Assembly (NCBI GenBank): GCA_034780895.1
Contig: JAUZTB010000062.1
Location: forward strand, 25,163,547-25,227,546
Direction: 5' to 3'
DNA: 64,000 nucleotides
DNA from: Rhynchobatus australiae
Lineage: Eukaryota
The notes beneath the pieces are model-generated. The model saw only the letters and a program-made list of their open reading frames with translations, was not told the DNA's origin and made no database searches. A program made the translations under genes and the position numbers. This document shows positions 23,396-37,095 of this stretch, in pieces (the first letter of the stretch is position 1; each line of letters opens with the position of its first letter).

Positions 23396-24354
23396 TTAAT
23401 GCTCCAGCAAACAGAACAATGAGCCAGACTGAGCTCATCTCTAGAGGGTGGTTCTGCAGGGAACTGTCAGTTGCCTCCTCCTCACTCTCTAGCTATCACT
23501 GGCTTTCATGCATGTCCAAAAGTCAGAGTTGAGCTGGAGGTCAGAGGTCACTTCCACCAACCTCCTGCTCCTCACTGGACTCAGTATCACTGGGGTAGGG
23601 TGACCCCAATATGGAATTCAGAAAACATCTTTATCCAAATCTTTGAGAATATGGAATTCACTATCACAGAGACTGGCTGAGATAAATGGTATTGGTACAT
23701 TCCAGTGGTGGCTGGACAAGAATAATGGAGAAGGGAATTGGAGGTTATGATGAAAGATTTAGACAAGGAGAAATGAGGCATGGAAAGGGGGGCAAAGTTG
23801 GAGCATAAACACTCACATGGCACAATGGCCTTTCTTGGTGCTGTATATTGTAGGTAATCTTATGTGATTTGAATGGGTTCACTGACCCAGACTAAGGGTA
23901 AATGCAACATTTTAATTAACTTCTCAGACTTTTAGATGTTTTGATTAAATTTATTTGCATGTGCATGTATTTCTTATTCTAACCACAAGCAAAGCATAAA
24001 CATGGAGACGGATAAATAGCTGCACAGTCTTGAGCCATGCATAAGATAGACAAGCAAATATGAAAGGGAGATTAGATGCAAGAATCTCCTAAAAATCAAA
24101 TGCAATGAGTGTTATATTTTTAGGTGTAAAAATTTTAAATATGTTATGTGTGATTGACAGCTCATCACAGTTAGTTTTAGTGAGACCAGGTAGCTATCTG
24201 GGACCTCCCCGGTCCAATACGTAAGAGTTAGAGGGTTTTGTATTTCAGTGATGCCAAGTACTTAACTCTGAAATGTCTCGTGGTTCTAATGCCTGGAATA
24301 TTCACCTATTATTTCTTTGTTTCTGTTGTGTAGACAGCCGCCTGATAGAATTCT

Positions 24355-24436
24355 CAACAAAAAACAAACTGCTGGAGGAACTCAGAGGGGAAAGGACTTG
24401 TCAGTGCTTTGGGTCAAGATCCTGGATCAGGACTGA
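24355..24436 (-). mobile_element. Fragment of the Penelope-like short element (decayed hammerhead)
   Basis: Reverse strand reads cagtcctgatccaggatcttgacccaaagcactgac...ctgagttcctccagcagttt. Confidence 0.6.
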
Positions 24437-26440
24437 TCAAGTCACACCTCACTATAATATGTTGATCTCCCTTATCTTGATCTGATCAGTGTGTCTAGCT
24501 TGGAGCTTCAATGTGTCTCTCTAGGGGTTGATTGGAATCTGATTAACAAAGCCCTTTGTCTCAACACTCTCCCCATTATCTTCCCCTGTACCTTTGGCCA
24601 ATCATCCTAGAATACCTCATGGCCATGTCACATTTGCTCTGTCCCAATTTTGAAAAAAAATGTATTCTTTATACACATCCATCTTGGGAAACCACCACTG
24701 CCTGTATACGTGCAACAATCAGTTTCCAAACCACTTGTGTCAAGTGTCTGCCNNNNNNNNNNNNNNNNNNNNNNNNNNNNNNNNNNNNNNNNNNNNNNNN
24801 NNNNNNNNNNNNNNNNNNNNNNNNNNNNNNNNNNNNNNNNNNNNNNNNNNNNTCTGCCTGTTCTGTATCAATAAGGCTGTGGTTTCTCAGAGAGGGTGGT
24901 CTTTGTTTCCATAACTGTACCTTGTGATTTCAAAACTCATTGCTGGTTTTAAGTATATGTGCACTCAAAAAAGTTAGAAAACTGCATCTTGCTTGCACTA
25001 ATAATTTGTGTATTACCTACTTCTTAACTATCTAGGTGTCACAGGTTGAGGCTTATAGTAGATCGACTTTGCACCTGGTCAAATACAAATACTATAACTT
25101 TTAAAACCTGTATAGGTATCCTTCAATATTTCTGTACATTTTCCAATGTTATGTCTAAGAGAGATTTTGAAAGATCCACACAGTCTCTTTCCTGTGTACT
25201 TGATTTACTGAACCTGTCTTTGTTCAATGTTCATGGATTAGTCTACAACCATTGATGGTTCTATGTGCTGACTATGACACTGAACATTTCATTGGCCTAA
25301 AGTCTTCAGTACTTCATCTGAATTTATTTCCAAGTGTAAAACAATGAATAGTGGCCCTTACTGGTGGAGTTGAACATTAAAAAGTGAAACAAATCCATGA
25401 TCACTAGGTCACCAAACACAAACTTCCACAATGACATTGTCAGATATTTATATTATTTTTGAAATATGACTTCCTAATCCCTCATCTTTCATTGAAGTGG
25501 ATGTTCACTGTGAATAGAGAGTTAATGAAGAAAACAAGTTCTGAGGGTAATCTGTTGTAATGTTTGGCTGTTGGACAGGAATTAGGTGTGGAACACCAAG
25601 CCTGTGTGTTTACATCAAAATGGAACAGGATTTTGGAAATGGAGCAGCCATAATTATCTCAGATGGGATGACAGGCTATTTATTTAATTATCTGTGAACT
25701 TCACAGTGCTTACAGGAAACACATTGCATGATGCATTTATAGCCAAAAAATGTTACTACTACCTTTAAAGAAACACTTACATGGAACTTTATTTTCTGCA
25801 GGATTTCAATGCTTGCTTAATTGAGGAATAATGCTCCCAGTTTAATGATGGCCCTCACTGACAATGTGAGATGCAGATTAAATAACAATAGTCTGAAGAG
25901 AAAACATATATTCTTGCATAGGTTTATTTCCACTCAGTTTCCTTAATAACCAAAGATTTCTGCCATGGTCCTTGAAATAGTAATACCAAATAATACCGAT
26001 GTGGATGGCAATATTTTGAAAAGCTTCACACAAATATTACCCCTGAATGCAGTGACTAAGTCATGGATGTATTAGCAACTACAGTATCTGCAGACTCAAT
26101 GTTTATTTTGATGTTTAGTTTTGTCTGCTGTTATAAATTTGTTTTTATTATAAACAATTTTCTTGAATTCAGAGGAATAAATCCAGTCTTAGGTGGTCTG
26201 ACACTCCACTGGGCCTTAACTCAGGCTAACCTTTATCTCCCTGATACAGTTTGGTCATGTGCATAGCTTCAATGTCTCTTCAGGGAAACCAAATTAACAA
26301 TAAATAAACTAAAACTTGATCTGAACTGTTAAGATACTTTATACCGTCTTATAGACACATATAGCATAGAAACAGGCCCATTGGCCAATTAATATCCATA
26401 CTAACCACCAAGACAAACATACTTATGAGAAATACATAAA

Positions 26441-26755
26441 GGGCGGCTCAGTGGCACAGCCAATTTGTGCTGTTATTACACATCTCAGGTTCAATCCCAA
26501 CCTTGGGTGCCTGCTGTGCATTCTTCCTGTGATGAATCGGTTTTCCTCTGGCTGCTCCGGTTTCTTCCCATCTCCCAAGGGCATTCTGATTGCTAGGTTA
26601 ATTAGCTACTATAACCTACCATTAGTGTAGATGGGTGGGCAGAAGGGAATTGACTGGGATGTGAGGGAGAATAATTACAGTGAAATAAGTGGAGTAATGC
26701 TCTGAGAGTCAACATAGACTAAAAGGCTGAATGGCCTCCTACATTGTAAGTAAAT
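26441..26755 (+). mobile_element. V-SINE (older)
   Basis: tRNA-like head ggcggctcagtggcacag...ggttcaatcc, V-domain tgctccggtttcttcccatctcccaagg, tail ggctgaatggcctcct. Confidence 0.85.
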
Positions 26756-29255
26756 ATGAAAAAAATATAAATACCTGCAGAATAATGATTATGTTTAGAG
26801 TCAATTCCTTACAATCTTTTATTAACATAAAAAGAATGAAATTGCCATACATCTCTTGCTGGTTTTGATGGCTCATTGTACTTGACTTAGACTGCAAACT
26901 CAAAATTCTACCCCCTTTCTGGGATCCCTTCTCTATCAGCAGCTTTAACAAAAGCCAAAATCTTCTTTGGGTGCTTGCACCACTGATTTACTTTGACATC
27001 TTACAGTCAGAAAAGAAATCAAACATTTTCCATACCTTGAAAACACTGTTAAAATTCAAGCATTTTCAAGGATTTAAAAAGTGCTGGGGATCTGAATAAA
27101 GTGCTTGAAACTAAATGAAATAGTTTTATCAGACATTGCTATTTAGAGCTGGTTTTAAATTGAACTGCTGTTTCTTTACGTTCTATTGATGACTNNNNNN
27201 NNNNNNNNNNNNNNNNNNNNNNNNNNNNNNNNNNNNNNNNNNNNNNNNNNNNNNNNNNNNNNNNNNNNNNNNNNNNNNNNNNNNNNNNNNNNNNNNNNNN
27301 NNNNNNNNNNCCTATTGTTGCATTTTCCTAAGGTGTATGCTCGAATTATATAGCTCAAGTAGGCAGATTTTTATGAGTGCTTTATAAATGTCGTATGTTA
27401 AGAACAAACATTGAAATTAATATCTAAGAACTATTTTTGACACTGCATATCAAAATATACAATCAAATAACACTAATTTTCTGCTGATCAAGAAAGTGTT
27501 AATAATAACAGGGAAATGAGCTAAAATTCTATTATTTTTAGTAGATGAACCACATATTCCATGTGTTTTCAAAATAAATGGATAAATACATATACACAAC
27601 ACATATTAATATACATATACACATTATGTCATTAGACCAAGTTTGTGCAATACTTTTGAGAGTTTAAATGCAATACTTCCCATCTTGAATATTGCTGTAA
27701 ATGTTCATTTCAAATCCCAGAAAAAGAAAGTCTGTAGGATATCTTGTACAAAGTCAAGATAGAAACAAAAATCAGGTTTTCATAAATTGTAAAAGACAAT
27801 TTATACAATTCTTCAAAGGAAGAATCTTGGGGTATAAAAAGTAATGAAAATTTGCTGACTCTTAATGTTATGAAGGTAATTCAATTGAAACAGAAAATGA
27901 AAAAAATAATTTTAACATGAAATTTAATGATGTAGAATTGGGGTAAGAAACTCTTGAGCCATATTCCAATCTCATTCTATTGACAATGGCTCCCAAAGCC
28001 AGCATTTCATCACCAAGTTGCACACTGTCCTAACTTCCAAGTATATCTTGTCCTTTCATTCAGGAACTCTTCATGCAAAACAATGAATGAGAGAAGAATC
28101 TTAAGGTACAAAAAATTAGGAGAATTGGCTGCTACTTAATGCAGCACCAGAAAGATTATAGTGTTTCATGAAGGAGACTTATTGCCATCTTATTAAGGTC
28201 AAAGTGAGCAATAAATGTTGGCTCTTACAGCAAATCCCTTGTCATGTAAATAAATGAAAAATAGATAAACTAAGTTCATGTGGGTTTTGAAACATCACTG
28301 GGATTACAGAATGAGTAAAATTCTTATATTCGACTTTCTTGTTTCTTGTGGTCACCATTAAGTAAATGCACATTGACAAAAGGGCATTTATTTATTTTGT
28401 GATTGGGATACATTTCATTCTGTCTGCATATATTAGTGAAAAGGTTAGCGTGCATATATATATAGCAGGAAATTCCTGCCTTGCTTTAAACTCATGAACT
28501 TTCTCACTTATAACAGCAAACAGTGAGTTATGCCAAATATCCCCAGTAATCTACTGGGTTATGGATACAATCTCACGTATTGAATGTTTTTCTTTGCAAC
28601 AAAGTGAGGCAGTTGCAAGGTTAATATAAAGAGTATAAACAAACACCAGCAATAAAGCAAATTACCCTTCAGCTCTTCAAAAATGTGTTTTTTTTACATT
28701 TAATACCATCATCCTGGTGCCGATAAATGAGCAAGTATTGCAGTCATTTGAGAGTTTAAATACTTGATTAGGTTATTTCACATTTTCCAGTACATTATTT
28801 CTGTCAAGACATAGAAATATTTAAACAGGTTTATTGAAGGGATTGGAATTCTAAATTCTGATCTTTTTTTCAATGGGAAAAGCAATTTTGCCACAGTTCT
28901 GACAAGTAACAAAGCAGATGGCAACATTCATGATTGAAGATCCCTTCACAAGGCACAGATTTTGTATGTCTGCATGATCTACATCATTTTGGAGCCAACA
29001 GCTACATTGGTGAATATCTGTAGAAAACAAAATTTCACTGCTGAGTTACAAATAACATCTATATTAAGAGATAAATAGTCAATATCTACCACAGATGTTA
29101 ACCAAACTTTTAACATAAATAGTGACACCATTATTCCCAGACTGTTTGGAGGTGATTGGGTAATACTGCCTTCAATCAGATTTTGAGACCACAACGTTGA
29201 AAGTAACATAAAAGTAACCATCCCATAACTGTTGTATTTTGCTGGAGAAATGTTT

Positions 29256-29630
29256 GGGGGTGGCATGGTAGCGTAGTGGTTAGTGCGATGCTATTACAGC
29301 ACCAGCGATCGGGGTTCAATTCTTGTCGCTGCCTATAAGGAGTTTGTACGTTCTCCCATTTCTCCAGGTGCTCTGGTTTCCTCCTACATTCTAAAGACGT
29401 ATGGGTAGGTTAATTTGGGGTTTAAAATGGGCAGTGTGGACTCGTTGGGCTNNNNNNNNNNNNNNNNNNNNNNNNNNNNNNNNNNNNNNNNNNNNNNNNN
29501 NNNNNNNNNNNNNNNNNNNNNNNNNNNNNNNNNNNNNNNNNNNNNNNNNNNAATTTGGGGTTTAAAATGGGCAGTGTGGACTCGTTGGGCTGGAAGGGCC
29601 TGTTACCATGCTGTAAATAAAATTTAAATA
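29256..29630 (+). mobile_element. V-SINE (HE1-like), relatively young; N gap inside with duplicated flanks
   Basis: Pol III A box tagcgtagtgg (29269-29279), B box ggttcaattc (29313-29322), V-domain ggtgctctggtttcctcctacattctaaagacgt, CR1-type tail gggctggaagggcctgttaccatgctgta. Confidence 0.92.
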
Positions 29631-29729
29631 TATAAAAAATGGCCTTGCTTTTATTGAATAACCTTCTTGTAGTTATTATAGTGCATAATGATTCATGTTT
29701 AAACATTCTTAACTATAGTGTAGTTTAAA

Positions 29730-29895
29730 GAGACTCAGTAGGCACAGCAGCATCCATGGATCAGGAAATTAAGTTAACATTTTAGGTCAATGACCTTTTA
29801 TGGAGGGAAGTCATTAAACTTAAACTTCACACCCCACAAATGCTGTCTGACCTGCTGAGGATTTTCATTATTTTCAACAGGATTTTTGCTTTTGT
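29730..29895. mobile_element. Older fold-back Penelope-like remnant
   Basis: actcagtaggcacagcagcatccatgg...gttaacattttaggtcaatgacc versus ccacaaatgctgtctgacctgctgag. Confidence 0.65.
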
Positions 29896-31796
29896 ATTTA
29901 AATATTTTTCCATTTCTGTAGTGAATAGATGTTGTTTGCTGTAAGACAGGCTGGTTTGTTTAAGTCTTCTCAAATCCCGAATTATTTGCTGCCACAGTGC
30001 AATTTTTAGTTCGGCACAGTGGAGCCAATAGATTGGCCGATAAATCAAGATCAAACATTTTGATTTGAATATTGTTAGGGTTCCTAAATTTAATAGTAAA
30101 AGCCCGAACATGCTTTACTATTTGAGTATTGTTGCTGCAAAGTGTACTAGGTTCTTCTTGTAGTGCCATAACATAAGCAAGCTTTAACATAACTCACTTA
30201 GACCAGGAACAGCCAATAGTTAGAGCATGATACCAATAATGCTGCAATAGCTGACCATGTTACATTGTTTCTGAAGGTGATCCCACCAGCTTAAAAGCAA
30301 CACCTACTACTTCACATGAGTATCCATATACCACATGCAAATTTTAAAAAAATAATTGTTCTCAAAGAATTAACACGTTTACTGAAGCATATGATACTGA
30401 CTTTCTCTGAAATCCTACAGATCTTTTGGTGATGGGCAGTTGCTTTATTTTCGGTGTATGCAAAGTCTGGTTACAAACGTACAAGAAAGGGTAAAGGTTC
30501 CTCAAGGTCTTCTCCAACATACATTACAGGGACCCTCATGCTGCTTCACCCATCACGCAGCACATAGTCTCCTAGGAAACAGCAGAAATAAAGAAAAAAT
30601 GATTGGGTCTTCTTCAGAGGAAATGGAAATTAAGACTTTGGTTTTGACCTGAGGGTGATTGGGTAATCTCTATGGGATGGGAAGGTAGGGGTGGAGTAGG
30701 TGGGGATGGTGGTGGTGAGGGATGCAGGGAGGTGGAATGGTAGAGGGATTCTCCTTTTTCCCTACTCGACAATAACTTGGAAGGGTGGATCACTTCCATC
30801 TGCATCATAGAACTCACCTAGTTTTCACTTCCATTGTGATGAGACCCCCAGGAGACCACAGAGACACCCTTCTTCCACTGACACCCTTCTTCCACCTTCC
30901 ATAACTCAGGAGATCTTTGTCTCACAGGAACATATCCAATTTCATAATTACTTAATGGACTGGTAATCTATTCCAGTAGTTTCTATGAAAATAACTATTC
31001 ATAGTATCTGATAAGTATATATGTTTGCATTTTGCTTTATTTCTTACCTAGTTTCATTAAGTTGTGCACCCAGAAAAATGTGTTGCCTTCATCATGTCAA
31101 ATTTCACTTTGAAGAATCATTAAAAAGTCTTCCATACACCCATGTGACTCAGACTACATTTATTCCTGGCAACCCCCCAGTTGTAATGTGCAAGTTTGAC
31201 AGGTTAAAAAAATTAATGTGTGCACAGGAAACTGACTGGGCAGAGATGGATGACATACAACTGATAGGTTGATAGATTGGTTCAAATTAAACATGAACAT
31301 CACAACCAAATAGAAGCATTTTCCGTGAGGAGATGGACTAGCTCAGCCTCATCAGTCACTGATTACATCGCGCAAATCCTCACAGCTTTTCATTGGACTC
31401 ACTTGACTATAAAACTGAGAAAATGGGTGTTAAGTATAATATCGAGTCATCGACAAAACTGGTTAATGACTGATTCCTAGGGTTTAAGTAATTGGATTGG
31501 AGTGATTTTCAAGTGGCACAGATACTACTTTTAATGTAGTGTGATCTCCTTGTCTGTGCTGTTGCAGGATTTCCTGGCTCCTGCATCTGACAGCTCCTTC
31601 TTTTGATGTTTCGGGTTCAGATACAGTGCCATTAATATGTCACAGGATGCCCTTCTCCTTTGTCCATGCTCCTGAACTTCATTCTGGGGCTCAAGGGCTA
31701 CAGCAGATGGAGATGTTTGAATCCATCTCATTTCCATATTTCACCATGTAAACATTGCAATAATAGATTTAAAAAGAAACACCAGAAACTGATTAC

Positions 31797-31875
31797 AAGT
31801 CTGCTGACTGGACATTACATCCACATGCAGTAGGAATCAGTGCAAGTGCGGATGTAATGTCCAATCAGTGGACTT
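31797..31875. other. 79-nt imperfect palindrome (hairpin)
   Basis: aagtctgctgactggacattacatccaca pairs with tgcggatgtaatgtccaatcagtggactt. Confidence 0.9.
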
Positions 31876-32961
31876 TCAGGGTAAGAAAAAGACAAGCAGC
31901 ATCTCCTTAATACTCAAGGTGCAGAATGAGAAAGATCAAACATAGATCAAAACAGACAGATAGATGAACTTGGAGCTATTAAAATCTAGGTGCTAAAACA
32001 TATTCATTTGGCATATTTCTTGTCATTTCAGTTGGTTCCTTCAATGTGCCTAAGTTACTAAGTTTTCAGGAACTGAAAGAATCAATGGAGATTTTGGAAT
32101 TTTCATGGAATACTCTCAGTAGAAATGTTGCATCGTCCTTGCTGAGTGTTTCTGCAGGCACAGCTGCTGTGCATTAGCATTAACCTCAGCCAGAAGATGG
32201 AACGGAATGCGAGTCTCTGTTTCAGCGGTGAACTGGGAGTTCTGCCTCCTGTTAGCAACCTTCATTCTGAATTCTTGTCTGGGGACCACATGTTTTCATT
32301 CTCCGTGTTTACTTATGCAGTCAGCAAGTGAAGTATAAAAAGTTGTGACTGGATGACATCCTGGTGGCAATCTAGGCACACTCTAGAGTTTGCCCTTTTA
32401 TTTGATCCAACCTTGTTTTCTTTGCAGCTTCTCTTTATGGTTCTGCTCCTAGATCCTGGGTATTATACCTGACAGCATTCTGATTGCATTCTCAATCCAT
32501 ACATCTCAGGGAATCGAGGGTGATATGAAACCAGCATGCAGGAGGAGCGAGGCATGGGGAAGATCAGCCTTGATTGGCAGGGCAGACTAGGAAGGCTCGG
32601 TGGCCTTCTGCTTCTATTCTCTTGTGTTCACGTGTATCTTAATTGTATGTTAAGATCAGACCCTGTTCATAATGAAAAACTGCATCTCATTTTGACAGAT
32701 ATCCACATAACAACTTTTCCATTTTATTATCAGCTGCATCATCTAAGATCATAACAAATAATGGTACCTTTAACTCTGCTTTATTACCAGTGATATGAAT
32801 CAAAAAGCAATCTACCTGATCAAGGTGGGAGTTTGGGCAGAAGCAGGAGTGGGGTTTGGATTTTAGATTTCTACATTTCTACATTTATTTCTTGATGATA
32901 AACTCTAATCTGTCCCTCATGTGCACATGCTTATCAGCATACAAACATATACTTAGAGGCA

Positions 32962-32965
<4 letters not shown>

Positions 32966-33011
<46 letters not shown>
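32966..33011 (+). repeat. (CA)23 microsatellite
   Basis: Read directly from the sequence. Confidence 0.99.
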
Positions 33012-33017
<6 letters not shown>

Positions 33018-35129
33018 TTGCTGAGGAAATTGGCCCTACCCTACAATTTCCACCTACTTACATTTTCCCTCCCACCAGCACCCCTCCGCCATTCACTCCC
33101 AAAATGAGAAAAACTACCAGCTGAACCAGATGTGGAACTTGAGGTTGATTTTTATGTTAATCAAAAGAAATTAAGCTGCAAATCATGTGATCTCTGCCTC
33201 TTGATCCAGCAAAAATATGCATCTAGAAGAACTCCTTGGAGAGAGACACACAAGCAAGTTGAGAGGCTTTAATTGTGTTGTTTCTGTAAACAAGGGAGCA
33301 TGGATAAACAATTTCTCAGTATTCTGAAAACATTTTTACACACCACAATTATTGGAAGTTTAGGTTTGGATTCAAGTATCCTGAGGTTTTAGATTCAGTG
33401 AAGATGAGATTACCCAGTCTGTACCAGATCTATCTCCTTCATGTCATCATTAAATCACCATGGAATCTCAAAATGCTGACATCTGCTGAATTACCAAGAA
33501 CACAAAGGCTTACAGCTTGATGGACATGTGGCAATATCTCTATCTCCCTCATTCCCAGACCATCCATACCTCTAAACAAAATGCAACGTTAAATTTTAAG
33601 GAACTTGTATGAAGGTGCCCACACACTAAGAGAACTAGATACAAATCAACACTGATCTACATGATTCCATGCAGGGTATCACTAGCTATCTCTGGTACCA
33701 GAATTCCTTCACTCTACTCACACACAGGATTGCAAGGAATTTACGCACAAACCATAATTCTAAATTTTGAATTAAATGGTCCACTAGAAAACTAAGTGCA
33801 GACCACAAATGAGCCACTGAAAGTCAAAAAGTTTTTCCACTGGGCAATGATATATGAGGGCAATTATTTTGGCTGAATAGCCCCTTTTATTATTCTCCAT
33901 CTGACTATGATTGCCAGACAATGTGCCACTCCCCACTCTGTAATGCACATAATAATCTAAAATAGCCTTAGGCGTTACACCTTCAGCTGGTTGGCTCTCA
34001 CTGACACACATATGTGAAACTTACAGATCAATGACACCACGGCTCCACAAAATTGTGGCTTATGAAGATTGTAATTTGACCTTATCATTAATTGAAAACA
34101 AAAATTCAGATGTGTGTGATGTTTAAATTATTGGAGTCTGAATCATGTATTTGCTCAGCTGGCTCCTTTGTATTCTTTAAAGTTATCATTTGAGACAATT
34201 TTACAATAAGATATTGCTTTGTTTAATTGTCTTCTCTGTAACTGGGAAGAATGCATTTGCTAAGAAAGGAGAAAGTGCTTGTTAGCAAACTTTCTTATTC
34301 TTATGGATCAAATGGAAGCCATTCAATCCATTGGATCCATGCCAGCTCTCAGCAGAACAATCCCATTAGTTCTATCCTCCCTCTTGTTATTTCCCTGTAC
34401 TCCTGCAACTTTTTCTTTCTCCCAGATCCCCATCAGTTCCTCTGCGATAGTTTTTGCCATTAACCAATACCAAGGTTAATTTACAGCAGCCAATTAACCT
34501 CTTGGCTGACAGGTAACATTGAAGCGGGTTCTGTTTTAATTGGGAACATGTATCCAGATGCAGAAGGAAGACTCCCTCTTCCTAAGTGTTGCATCTTCCT
34601 TCACTGCAACTTAGGACACCATGTCTTGGAAGTAAAACTGAGGAAAAGGAATCAAGCATGATCAGGAAAAGTCACTTGAAATGTTAATGATGGTCATGAA
34701 TGCCCTCTTTCCCTGAAGTATTATTAACTGATGTTTATTTCAAACTGTCAAAGTAGCAATAAGGATTTTGGTACAGGTTCACATGAATTGAAATCTGTTG
34801 CCTACTTTAATATGAAGCAGCACCAAACTACCAATATTCTTCTCAAGAATAAAGAAAACTAAAAATATAACAAGTTAAAATCCAGAAAAAAGGCAAATAG
34901 ACCTTTGCAAAGAGGAAAGATAATGTGCCTGCTGTTGTGAAATTCTCTTCCAAGACCAAGCTGTGGAATTTTCCAGAGAGGGATTCCTTGGTAGAGCTTA
35001 CACACATTGAAGTCAGTTTCCTTGAAGAGCTCAGCAGAGGGATTCTCTCGTCGCTGTTAACGCCTTCCATGATTGGCCTCTTTCGATCACACCACTGACC
35101 TGTGACAGGAAATTGCTGACAGGAAATAG

Positions 35130-36285
35130 CTGTGCAGAAGAGAAGTATAAAGGAGACCCCTACCCCCTCCCTCCCTGACCCACCGCCTTCTGCCGTTGAA
35201 CAAAGAAAGCTTGTGCAGAAAACAGGAAAAGAAAGTAACACTTTGGCCACAGCTGTGTTCTGAAGAGATTTTTGAAAATTATTGGACCCTGACCAAATGA
35301 TTTAAGAAATACGTTTTTAAAAAAGTACTATGTTCTTGTACGTCTTTTTATTTTAACTACATTCTGTTTCCCATGTTGAAAACCTGAAAGCAAAATAAAA
35401 AGCGAAATATCTCTAATCATCTGCAAGTAAAATGTGAACATTCTTACTGACATCCTGAATTTATGCAAACTTATTACAGACAGATATTGCTGGGAAGCGG
35501 GCTACTCATTCATTAACCTCAAAATGGTAGAAAATAGCAAGAGGCACCACTAAACTTAATGCTAACTGTGAAGTGACTGGATTCACAATATTGTTATTGC
35601 ACCACAGCCATTTAAATCAGTCATGAATAATGATGTGACCCATGGTCTTCATCTAACCTGCAATTAGGAAGGTCCATAATGGGACTAGGGCGGTCAGGAA
35701 GGCCATGTCCTGCATCTGGCGATTGCTCCCAAAGGCTTTCTTATTTCCTTATCTGCCTTGGCAGTTTTACCATCCACACTCCTGTTAATGTGAAGTCATT
35801 ATTTCCAGGATACAGAGATGTTCTAACATTTAAAAGAAAATAAACAGTACAAAATGACCTTCCCATTGGGTGCTTCATTGTTTCTGACCAAGATTGATGA
35901 CCAAAGAGAGGAGCAAAGCATTGAGTATGGCATCTGGCTACAGGCCAACGAAATATAACTGCTCCCTACATCCATCCACCCTGGCAGTTCACCTTAAGAT
36001 TCTACAAAGGGAAAGAATGTCCTTTTAGACAATGCTGGAAGAATGCGTTGAAGCGAAGCACAGAAGAAATCCCTATGTCACCCTCCCTGACCCACCTCCT
36101 TCTGCTGTTGAGTGAAGAAAACGTGCAGAAAACAGGAAAAGAATGTGATACTTTACACCACAACTGTGTTCTGAAGATGTTTTTGAATATTGATAGAGTT
36201 TGCTCCAATAATTCAAAAATAATTTTTAATGAAGTGTGCGTTTTTTAAAAATTATTTCAACTACATTCTCTGGTCCCTGTGTTAG
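35130..36285 (+). repeat. Diverged direct duplication of about 245 bp (about 35130-35378 and 36044-36285)
   Basis: Shared collinear blocks ccctccctgacccacc, gtgcagaaaacaggaaaagaa, ctgtgttctgaaga and aactacattct. Confidence 0.9.
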
Positions 36286-36824
36286 TGTACCTTTAAGAAC
36301 TAGATGGATCACTGATGCATTTTTTGCAATGGACATGTTGTCAGTTCAGATTGGCTGTCTTCCATAAAGGCTGTCTATTGTTAGTTCTGCCCAGTGTAAG
36401 TGGTCATACTTGCAGCACACCAAAGAAACTCACAGAGACTACAAAGAATCTGATATACATGGGCTGCAATTTGGGAGCAAGGCACTGTCCAACCCTGTGA
36501 GATGCTAAATGAAAACCTGAAGCTGTGGTTCCTGTCAAGTGGGCAAGGGTACACCCTGCAACATTTTCCACTCATTCAGCAAGATATAGATACACTGCTC
36601 TTTAAGTAAAATGTCTTCAATACAGAAAGCATTAGGGCTATCAGCTTCCCTTGGTCTTCTGGCTTCTTCAAAGTTCAAGCCATTTTCAGATGTCACTGAA
36701 GATATCACATGAGGAAGCTCCCTTGTCCATAAATTGTAAACATTTCAATGCCACTACAGTCTTTGATGATCAAATGCACCTCTAAATGTTTTCATTTTTT
36801 CATATAATTTCATATTTTCTTCTG

Positions 36825-37095
36825 ACACGGAAGGAAGCCATGTCAACCCACGTGCTGGCTCATAAAGTAATCCTTTCCCCTTTCATTTTTCCAGAAAACT
36901 TTTTCTCCCACATTCTCATCAAGCTCTGCCACTCACCTGCACAATAGCAGAAATTACAGTGGCCAACTAACCTATCGGCTCACAAGTCTACAGGATGTGG
37001 GAGGAAACCAGAGCACCCACATGGTCCAAGTGAAAGTCCAAGTTTGCATACTCCACACAGGAGTGAATGTGGATGGCTGGAGCCATGAGACTACT
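36825..37095 (-). mobile_element. V-SINE remnant
   Basis: ggatgtgggaggaaaccagagcacccac and ggccaactaaccta motifs. Confidence 0.8.

Noticed and set aside
29256-29330. tRNA gene
   Set aside because: A and B boxes continue into a V-domain and CR1 tail: a SINE head with no full cloverleaf.
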